Shown: positions 1 to 7,827 of the stretch, in pieces
Numbering within the stretch: the stretch's first letter is position 1
How the letters are laid out: every line of letters starts with the position of its first letter
From: Geosiphon pyriformis uo1
Taxonomy: Eukaryota; Fungi; Glomeromycota
DNA length: 8,139 bases
Reading direction: 5' to 3'
NCBI GenBank assembly: GCA_016748015.1
Contig: JAAOMT010000652.1
Location: 1 to 8,139 of the forward strand
Notes under the pieces: model-generated
Databases searched by the model: none
Told to the model about the DNA's origin: nothing
The model's input: only the letters and a program-made list of their open reading frames with translations
Program-made: the position numbers and the translations under genes

Positions 1-178
1 TTCCTCAATTCTTATTTGTGTAATAATGTCACTGTTACACTGAAGGCTTTCTTTTTACTGTTGTGCTGTAAGTTATTCTTTAATTCTTGATTGTTGTGTG
101 TGTTTATGTACTCCTTCTCAGAGGCTGAACTGAAATCTACCCACTGTCTGGGGTCTTCTCTGAGGCTATCCTTGCAAT
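1..178 (+). repeat. Direct repeat copy A (part of the 3' LTR)
   Basis: Ungapped match to 7962..8139 with 7 mismatches in 178 nt (positions 22, 61, 64, 66, 148, 160, 165), about 96% identity; 5 of 7 are transitions. Confidence 0.98.
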
Positions 179-542
179 TGTCTGATGTGTTCTCTAATCT
201 AGAAACACAGAATGTTAATGGTCTTTAGCACTTTTTTAATTCTCACAATAAAGCTTTTATCAATTAGTAACAATGTGAATAATCTTGATCAAGGATTATT
301 CTTCCAAGGGTTTCAGTTGATGAATGATAGTTTCATTCAATAAATAATACAAGTAAGTTTCTTAATACTTTGGGTTGTGATAGTTCAGTTCTTTTTCATT
401 TCTTTTTGATTTTAAAGGTTTCTTGGGATATTTAATTTGAAAGTATGATTTAAAGTGGAGTTTGTTGGATAAAATTGGATCTATTGCTTAATAAGTTATG
501 ATTTTTATTACTTGATTAATTATTTCCCAATATTAAAACTAC

Positions 543-554
543 TGTATATATACA
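543..554 (-). promoter_or_regulatory. Candidate LTR TATA box within a perfect 12-bp palindrome TGTATATATACA
   Basis: About 245 nt inside the inferred LTR start and ~55 nt downstream (minus strand) of the 23-bp repeat array. Confidence 0.45.
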
Positions 555-610
555 TGTTTGTAGTTCTACGAGAAAACACATTGTAATACTTTCTTTTTGA
601 TATTTCAACC

Positions 611-695
611 TGGTGTTTGCTGCTATCACCAGTTGGTGTTGGCTGCTATTGTGAACTGGTGCTTGCCACTATCGCGAGATGGTGTTTGCTACTAT
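611..695. repeat. Four-copy tandem repeat, period 23 bp, in LTR U3
   Basis: Units start at 611, 634, 657 and 680; 16-bp core TGGTGTTTGCTRCTAT plus 7 variable bases. Confidence 0.88.
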
Positions 696-799
696 GTTAA
701 TCCTTACCTTTCTAAGATCATTACTGTGCTATATTATGATTGAATAGTTTGTATTATTTTTATAATTCTTTTTGCTAAATTCTTAAACCATAACATTAT

Positions 800-810
800 C
801 CCCTCCTTTC
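800..810 (-). other. Polypurine tract (plus-strand primer)
   Basis: GAAAGGAGGGG on the minus strand, 4 nt before TGTTA and directly after the last internal ORF. Confidence 0.85.
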
Positions 811-814
811 AAGA

Positions 815-1402
815 TTAAGCTCCATCGAAATCGAAGTTAATTTCTTCATTAAATTCTAAGTTATTATAGTGGTTTAATACTGTGTTATTAATTTGTTGTT
901 GTAATTCTTGAAATTGCGAGTTAGTAAGTCATCCAATACTGTTGGTTGTTATTATGTTTATGGTTGGGTCCAACAATAATTTGTGACAGTTTTCAAATGC
1001 TTTGAAAATTCTGTAAACTGTTTTTGAATGGAATGTAGTGTTGGTTTTTCCAATGAAAGGTTCTAATAGTTGGATAGTTGTTTTGTCAAACACTCTAGTT
1101 AAGTCTTTTAAGTATAATGTTTGTATGTTCAAGTGCTTTCCTAGTTGATAATAACAGTAATTAATTGGAAATTTCGTTTTCAAGTTGCTAAATGTGTCTG
1201 GTGTTAATTCACTTATTTCTATTTCTTCCATTATTAATGTATTGCCCAATGCTATCTTTAATTTTTCAATAACTTTGCTAATAAATTTGTTGTTATATTT
1301 GGCAATATTATATGGTTCGAAATTATGTTTTTTTCTTGTTTTTGGATTTTCTATTGTTCTTTTTATGTATGTTATTTTGGAGCTATTAACTGTGATTTCT
1401 AG
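815..1402 (-). pseudogene. Additional 3' ORF (ORF3) of unknown function between integrase and PPT; 5' end hidden
   Basis: 157 stop-free codons (1402..932), one TGA (929-931), then 37 more codons (LTNSQFQELQQQINN...FDFDGA) to TAA at 815-817, next to the PPT. Confidence 0.72.
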
Positions 1403-1404
1403 AT

Positions 1405-1918
1405 NNNNNNNNNNNNNNNNNNNNNNNNNNNNNNNNNNNNNNNNNNNNNNNNNNNNNNNNNNNNNNNNNNNNNNNNNNNNNNNNNNNNNNNNNNNNNNNN
1501 NNNNNNNNNNNNNNNNNNNNNNNNNNNNNNNNNNNNNNNNNNNNNNNNNNNNNNNNNNNNNNNNNNNNNNNNNNNNNNNNNNNNNNNNNNNNNNNNNNNN
1601 NNNNNNNNNNNNNNNNNNNNNNNNNNNNNNNNNNNNNNNNNNNNNNNNNNNNNNNNNNNNNNNNNNNNNNNNNNNNNNNNNNNNNNNNNNNNNNNNNNNN
1701 NNNNNNNNNNNNNNNNNNNNNNNNNNNNNNNNNNNNNNNNNNNNNNNNNNNNNNNNNNNNNNNNNNNNNNNNNNNNNNNNNNNNNNNNNNNNNNNNNNNN
1801 NNNNNNNNNNNNNNNNNNNNNNNNNNNNNNNNNNNNNNNNNNNNNNNNNNNNNNNNNNNNNNNNNNNNNNNNNNNNNNNNNNNNNNNNNNNNNNNNNNNN
1901 NNNNNNNNNNNNNNNNNN
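1405..1918. other. Assembly gap or masked run (514 N) covering the integrase C-terminus and the start of the 3' ORF
   Basis: Run of N. Confidence 0.99.
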
Positions 1919-2708
1919 ATACTGTTGGTATGAACAAATCCCATTCTTTTTCATGTTTGTTACTAATTTTTGCCAGTGATTTGCATAATGTGTGATTAAA
2001 TCTTTCAACTAATCCATTTGTTTGAGGGTGGTATGATAATGACAGTAGTTGCTTGATTCCAAATTTTTGGCTAAGTTCTTTTAAGGTGCTGTTTACGAAG
2101 TGTGTGCCCTGATCTGATAGCAATTCTTGTAGACATCCATGTCAGCAAATTAAGTCTTTATGTACAAATTGAGCTATGGAAATAGCATCAGCTGTTTTAA
2201 TAGCTTTAGCTTCTGGCCATTTGGTGAGATAGTCCATGGCTACTGCAATATAATAGTTGTTTCTTGTTGTTATTGGTAAAGGTCTAACTAAATCAATTCC
2301 AATTCTGTCAAATGGCTGTCCAACTTTTATTGGTCTTAATAATTCCGTTGTTTTTGCTCCTCCTCTTCATTGGCATGGGTCACAATTTCTTATGTATTGG
2401 ATTATGTCTGAACTCATTTTTGGCCAATAGTAATGGCTAGTTGCACATTGGATGGTTGCTGTTTTTCCAAAGTGGCCTGAATAAATATCTGAGTGCATAT
2501 TAAATAAGATAGTTTCTTTTTCATCCATGGTTATAACTCTTAATGGATTATCTGGATTTTGTCAATTCCGGTAATAAAGTATGTGATTTTGGATGAAATA
2601 GTGTTTTGCTAATTTTTGGAGCTTAATTAGCTCTTTTACTGGCATTTTTTCGTCTATTTGTAGTGTTTCTAAGTATTGGCTGAGGTTTTTGTAAAGGTGG
2701 TTGTTCAT
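1919..2708 (-). pseudogene. Integrase (HHCC zinc finger plus DD35E core), three in-frame TGA stops, C-terminus in the gap
   Basis: MNNHLY..MHSDIYSGHFG..YYWPKM..CDPCQ*RG..PFDRIGIDLV..DYLTKWPEA..IC*HG..LSDQGTHF..YHPQTNGLVERFN, with exactly 35 residues between the second D and E. Stops at 2562-64, 2367-69 and 2142-44. Confidence 0.96.
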
Positions 2709-2773
2709 TGTTGTTGTGGCAGGTGGGTTGGTGATTTTTATGTGTGTCTTATTCTTAACAAACAGTCGAAAAA

Positions 2774-3047
2774 NNNNNNNNNNNNNNNNNNNNNNNNNNN
2801 NNNNNNNNNNNNNNNNNNNNNNNNNNNNNNNNNNNNNNNNNNNNNNNNNNNNNNNNNNNNNNNNNNNNNNNNNNNNNNNNNNNNNNNNNNNNNNNNNNNN
2901 NNNNNNNNNNNNNNNNNNNNNNNNNNNNNNNNNNNNNNNNNNNNNNNNNNNNNNNNNNNNNNNNNNNNNNNNNNNNNNNNNNNNNNNNNNNNNNNNNNNN
3001 NNNNNNNNNNNNNNNNNNNNNNNNNNNNNNNNNNNNNNNNNNNNNNN
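2774..3047. other. Assembly gap or masked run (274 N) where the RT C-terminal half and RNase H are expected
   Basis: Run of N. Confidence 0.99.
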
Positions 3048-3522
3048 TGAATGCTGTTTTATGCCTGTCCTTTGGGTCCATTTCCACTTGCCAGTACCCA
3101 CTGGTCAAGTCTAGTGTAGAAAACCATTTTGCTTCTCCAAAAACGTTGAAGATTTCGTCAATTAACGGTATTGGGTATGAGTCTTTGGTTGTTTTGCTGT
3201 TTAATTTGTGATAGTTGACGCAAAATCTAATTTTTCCGTTCTTTTTTCTTATTAAAACAACTGGTGAGGACCATGGGCTCATTGATGGTTGTATTATTCT
3301 TTTTTCCAACATGCTTTGGACTTTTTCTCTGATAAAATTATGCTCCATTGGTGGGACACGGTAAGTGTGTTGTTTTTCAGGTCTGGCGTCTCCAGTGGGG
3401 ATTTGGTGTTGAACCAAGTTGGTTCTTCCAAATTCACCATTTCTTGAAAATATATCAGAGTATTTTAAAATTAATGCTTTTAATTGTTGCTGTTGGTTAA
3501 GATCTATTGTTCCAATGTTTAA
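3048..3522 (-). pseudogene. Reverse transcriptase, N-terminal half (rest lies in the N gap)
   Basis: SPWSSPVVLIRKKNGKIRFCVNYHKLN, YPIPLIDE, FSTLDLTSGYWQV, KTAF are Ty3/Gypsy RT motifs; YXDD is not visible. Confidence 0.96.
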
Positions 3523-3951
3523 TTTGGCCAATTTTTCTGGTGTAAATTGATAGCATTCTAACAGTTGTTGCCAATTTATTGAAGTGAGTTCACAGTAGAG
3601 GGCGATTTCTGAGAAATTTAGAATTTCTTGTGGTGTTGACGCGTTTTCTAGCTCCATTCCGAGGTATCCAATGATGGTATCTTCCAGAATGTAGACAGGT
3701 TCTTCTGTGGTGTTTGTGATAGGAATTTTTATCCATTGAGCTTTATCAGCTGGAATAAAAAGGTTAGTAAGTTCTATGAGAAACTGTTGGCAAGTTTCTG
3801 GGTAGGGCTCAAATATTAGGTCTTTTTCTTTAATTGTCCTTTTTATTCTTATTTCTGATTTTCCATATGGTAGGAGTGTGATGGACTGCTCATTTTTAAT
3901 TACTTTGCCTTTTTTCTCTATTGTTTCAGCGAAATTCGCTTCAATTCCTTT

Positions 3952-4377
3952 TCCTGTCGATCCAAAACCAAAAGTTCCTCTCATTGTTTGTGACAATTCC
4001 TCACGATTTTCCACTGGCACGAATTTCCCAATTTTTACCAATAGTAAGAAAATTGCTTGTGCAATCTTTTCCTTAGATTCAATGGTATAAGGCTTTTCTG
4101 AATTGTTCTGTAGCAAAACCATCGAATTTCCAGTGTATCCAGAGTCAATTACTCCTCCTTGAACGCTTATTCCTTTTTTCGCAAGGCTTGATCGCGATGC
4201 CATTTAAACCATTATTCCTGGCGGAATTTCAACCGCTATTTTTAGGTCGATTTTGGTGATGCTTCTGGGTGGTAACGTTGTGGATTGGTCTTCCGGATAA
4301 TGTAGATTGAATCTGGTGTCAGTTGGATGGGCTCTTTCTGGTATTATTTCTAAGTGCCCATTGTCAAAGTATCGGAT
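3952..4377 (-). pseudogene. dut: Trimeric-type dUTPase domain, split by TAA at 4204-4206
   Basis: Five motifs in order: I PERAHPTDTRFNL (decayed AGFDL), II SRSSLA, III GGVIDSGYTG, IV EKIAQAIF, V RGTFGFGSTG. Confidence 0.93.
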
Positions 4378-4518
4378 GTTGGTCACCTGTTCTAGGTCAG
4401 TATAGGCTACAAATTTTTCTGACTCAGGATTGTCAGGTAAGTCTTGTTGATTTATTGATTGATTTTGAGACTGCTGATTCTCAATTTCCATTTTTCTTTC
4501 TAAGTCTCTTTCATCTTG

Positions 4519-5130
4519 ACACTCTTCACAGCACTGATTTTGGCACGGGATGAGACAGTTTTCGCAGAGGTAAGTGTTAATTTGGGCGAGATATTGTTCT
4601 TGCTCTTGTCGAGTGGGGCATAGTTGTTGGTAGTAGTCCTGGAATTTGTCCACTGGGTCAAACATGTTGTAGCTGGCGACTTTGTCGGCTACTTCGGCTG
4701 ACTCTTTCCAATGTCGTATTTCTTCGGTGGTTTCTCCTCTTACTTTGGCTTGTGTGGTGTTGTACAACTCATCCTCGTCGTGTGGGTAGTGCTGTAGTCT
4801 TTTTAATACTCTGTTGAACACTGTTTCGAACAGCATTCCTCCTCTTATTCAGTTACAGATGATGATCATGTATTGGCAAGTTGCGTCACATGTTTCTCCT
4901 CTGCCTGGTATGTCATTTCAGTCGCACTCTCTTGGTAATGGTTCTCCACAAGTGAAGCACGGTTCCTCATTCCATTTTCTGTGTCTTTCTGGGTAACCGT
5001 ATTTTTTTTTGTTACAACAGTTACAATAGTAGTGGGTGGGGTTTCTTGAATCTTTGTCTGGTGCGCTGCATGCAGTCATAGACAAGAGTTTCTTCTTGCA
5101 AACTGAGCATTCTAGCTTTGGTCTGCATCG
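4519..5130 (-). pseudogene. Cys-rich putative multi-zinc-binding domain of unknown function
   Basis: Reading through stops: CRPKLECSVC..ACSAPD..HYYCNCC..PCFTCGEPLPRECD*..TCDATCQY..CN*..(helical stretch)..LCENCLIPCQNQCCEEC. Confidence 0.7.
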
Positions 5131-5322
5131 CTGGTGGTTTCTTTGTAAACTTACCTGGTTTCATTCAGATCTTTCTTCGCTGGTCCACATTGGTACGGCT
5201 GGTAGTCCTGTTCTTTGGTCATCAGCCCAAAAGAGCTGATAAGTTTTGATGGCTGGTAGTGCTGAATTTTTCTCAAATTCAAAGGTAGGTCTTTGGTTGG
5301 CGCTGGGTTTTTGGAAGTGGCC

Positions 5323-5691
5323 ACAGGTGGCTGGAATTTTGGTCTGGTGGCCATTATAATTGATCAGAAGCTCTTGGATGGTCCAGTCTAGGGTAGCGTT
5401 GGTTTTTGTTAGCCAGTCATTCCCTACTAACGCTTGATATTGTGTAGTGTCCATTACTAATACTTTTGTAGATATTACTATGCTGTTAATTTCGAAAGGG
5501 AATGAGTTGATTTTGCCATGAGGCAGCTTTGTACTTCCATCGGCTGTTATGATTTGGGATGTCGTGGCACAATCAACTTTGAAACCCAGTTGGTTTACTA
5601 GTTGAAGCGTTACAATGCTTCTAGTGAATCCGCTGTCTAAGATAAGTTTGATTGGGGTATTGTTTACAGTGGCTTTCATATACATAGCAGT
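5323..5691 (-). pseudogene. Retropepsin aspartic protease domain
   Basis: KLILDSG (catalytic Asp codon 5635-5637), IITADG flap, ALVGNDWL motif. Confidence 0.93.
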
Positions 5692-5997
5692 AATTGGGCA
5701 TTTTTTGTCCAATGCTGCTCCACTGAACATAGTCTCATTTTCCTCTAATTCAAAAGGAAAAATAGCTGTGAGGCTGCTATCTTCAGTGGCAACTGCTGGT
5801 GGTATTGTCTGGCTCAATTTGAAAGAATTTTTGGTTTTGTTTATGTTTCTACCATCATTGTTTCCGATGATCAGATTTTCTGGTATATTAAGATAAGTTT
5901 GTTGATAATTTTGGTAGTTTGGATTGGTTTGCTGATTGGTTCTGGCGCAGTTTAAATTTCTCTGGACCAACGCGTTCTGGTTCCACATGAACTGATT

Positions 5998-7827
5998 TCA
6001 GGCCTTGGGACGCCAATTCGGGTTGGCTATCATGGGCTGTTGCTGGTAAGCTCCTTGATTTTGATATGTGGTGGGATATTGGCGTGGTATTGGCATGTAC
6101 TGGTTTCTGGGCATTTGGGGTGGCGCATAGTAATTATTTTCGCGTGCTTCTTGTATCATTCGTGTTCGACATTGACTAATCAAATGTCCTACACGTTTGC
6201 AAAAATGGCAGGCGTGCGTTTCTGTTCTGAATTCCTGGCACGACAAGCGATTATTTTGACTGTCGCTGACTTCCTGGCTGCGTCTTTGGGGTGGTTGGTA
6301 TGTATTTTTTCTCGGATCTGGGATGAGATAACTTTCTATTTTCTTAGAGAGTTCCTCCCCTAATTGCGTTACTCTTTTCTCTAATGTTTCTGTCTTATTT
6401 TCCTCCATTACCATGTTAACCATTTGACTATGGTTAGCTTCTTTCTCAGCCGATTCAAGAGCTCTGGCGAGCATAACGGCTTCTGGTAAGGAATTAGGGT
6501 GGGCAGAGCATACTCTTCCTAAAATGCTGCTTTTTAATCCTCTAATAAACTGATTTAAAACCTGAGGATCAGTGTAGTATTCTTGTTCAATTGCTTCAAT
6601 CTGATGGCAAATTCGATTGAATTGAGCAAGGTATTGGGTGACAGTTTCACTGGTATTTTGCTTGATAGTATTGAATTTGTTCTGTAGTTGGATTATGGCA
6701 TTTGGGTCGCTAAAATACTCCAGGAATGCATTTTTAAATTCGGCAAAGCTCGTGGGTTTTGTTTTCAGGCTTTGATACCATGAGTTGGCTGTGCCTTTCA
6801 GGAAGAAAAGTAATGTTTGAATTGCTCTTTGGTTGTTCCAGTTATTTGCCTGGATGGGTTTTTGTGCTTCTCTGAGCCATGTATACACGTCTGTTTCTTC
6901 TTCCTCTCCTGAAAAATCTGTTAGTCTTGCAATGTATGGTGTGGTCATTTTGTTGCTGTTTTCTGCTAGTGGGTTTATTGGTCTAAGAGGAGGTGGGATG
7001 ATATTTCCTTGAGCATTCCTAAAGGTGACTTCTCTTATATCCGGTTTTTCCTTTTGATCACGAGTTTCTTGGTTTCTGGACTGGCTGCTTGTTCCAGTAA
7101 CTGGTCTTGTTATTGTTTTTTCACTGGTCTCTTTTTCAGATTCCAATTCAGACTCTTCTTCACGGTTTTCAAACTCCGTTCTAAATTTTGGCTGAAAAAG
7201 AGGGTTTTGGAATAGTGATGAATATCCTCCTGTAATTGGTATGTCTCCCCAGTTATGTTGTTTAATTTTATCAGTATAACTAGGAGTTCTTGGTGTTTGT
7301 GGAGTTGATGTTGATGATGATGCAACTCCTAATGGAATTTGTATTTTATTTTCTAGTGAAAAATGGTATGATTTATCTTCTGGTAAATAAATACGTTGTT
7401 TCTTTATTGATTGAGTGACAGTTTTCTTTGGCGTTTGAGCTGGTGTTCTTAGTTTTTGCTGGTTACTTTCCTGATTAGTTTCTAAATTTTCTTTGGTTTT
7501 GTTGGTGCGTTCCTTAGTGTTTCTTGTGGATATTGGAAAATTTTTGTTGGTGTATTGCTCAATTTCTTGATGAATTTTGACAATAGTTGCGGCTATTACT
7601 GTTACTTCTTTTGTAGTGTATTGTGATAATTCTCTATACAATCCAAGTTTTGCATCGTGTGGTTTTTTTTTCTTTCCTATATGATAATTTATTCTGGCAT
7701 TGATATAATAAGTGAGAGCAGATTCTGCTGGACAACACCCTTCTGGTAATCCAAGATTACTTTGATTTTGTGTGTAAATAGCATAGCAGAATTCAAGAAC
7801 AGTAAGATTAGGGGTTTTTGTCGCCAC
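5998..7827 (-). CDS. gag: Gag with long N-terminal extension: capsid-like domain from Met at 6948, coiled-coil linker, CCHC zinc knuckle, Q/P/N/Y-rich tail
   Basis: Capsid-like segment DFSGEEE..TWL..NNW..FLKGTANSWY..IKQNTSETVTQY..QFIRGL; knuckle CHFCKRVGHLISQC. The TGA at 5998-6000 is followed in the same frame by pol, so it is probably a mutated sense codon. Confidence 0.92.
   Translation of the reverse strand: MATKTPNLTVLEFCYAIYTQNQSNLGLPEGCCPAESALTYYINARINYHIGKKKKPHDAKLGLYRELSQYTTKEVTVIAATIVKIHQEIEQYTNKNFPISTRNTKERTNKTKENLETNQESNQQKLRTPAQTPKKTVTQSIKKQRIYLPEDKSYHFSLENKIQIPLGVASSSTSTPQTPRTPSYTDKIKQHNWGDIPITGGYSSLFQNPLFQPKFRTEFENREEESELESEKETSEKTITRPVTGTSSQSRNQETRDQKEKPDIREVTFRNAQGNIIPPPLRPINPLAENSNKMTTPYIARLTDFSGEEEETDVYTWLREAQKPIQANNWNNQRAIQTLLFFLKGTANSWYQSLKTKPTSFAEFKNAFLEYFSDPNAIIQLQNKFNTIKQNTSETVTQYLAQFNRICHQIEAIEQEYYTDPQVLNQFIRGLKSSILGRVCSAHPNSLPEAVMLARALESAEKEANHSQMVNMVMEENKTETLEKRVTQLGEELSKKIESYLIPDPRKNTYQPPQRRSQEVSDSQNNRLSCQEFRTETHACHFCKRVGHLISQCRTRMIQEARENNYYAPPQMPRNQYMPIPRQYPTTYQNQGAYQQQPMIANPNWRPKA
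6169..6210 (-). other. Nucleocapsid zinc knuckle CX2CX4HX4C
   Basis: Translation CHFCKRVGHLISQC. Confidence 0.95.

Larger units (their letters stand above)
1..795 (-). repeat. 3' LTR, inferred extent (should continue ~52 nt left of the window; full length ~847 bp)
   Basis: Minus strand reads GAAAGGAGGGG-ATAA-TGTTATGG, a PPT followed by TGTTA at 795. TGTTA is the inverted complement of the TAACA that ends the other LTR at 7910. Confidence 0.8.
3048..5997 (-). pseudogene. pol: pol N-terminal part (PR, Cys-rich domain, dUTPase, RT) in frame with gag and interrupted by stops
   Basis: ORFs 5161..5988, 4204..4836 and 2755..4203 share the gag frame. In-frame stops at 5161-63, 4918-20, 4849-51 (TGA) and 4204-06 (TAA); no frameshift is needed. 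Confidence 0.93.

Noticed and set aside
1-400. Hammerhead ribozyme in the LTR
   Set aside because: I could not find a CUGANGA...GAAA core with proper flanking stems on either strand by eye; a covariance-model search would be needed.
611-695. CRISPR-like repeat-spacer array
   Set aside because: Core of 16 bp and linkers of 7 bp are far too short, no cas genes are present, and the context is a eukaryotic LTR.
815-1918. Chromodomain at the integrase C-terminus
   Set aside because: No chromodomain motif in the visible sequence; the integrase tail is in the gap, so it cannot be assessed.
1185-1979. Plus-strand hydrophobic ORF that looks like a membrane or env protein
   Set aside because: It is the antisense shadow of an A-rich coding strand (T-rich codons give F/L/I/V), and most of its length is N.
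929-2008. ORF-track calls spanning the N run (929..2008, 1386..2123, 1399..1944) as single proteins
   Set aside because: Frames cannot be joined across a gap of uncertain length. The N-terminus of 929..2008 is an off-frame reading of integrase.
2562-3114. ORFs 2562..3101, 2676..3050 and 2701..3114
   Set aside because: Gap-bridging artefacts; only the minus-strand part from 2708 downward is integrase.
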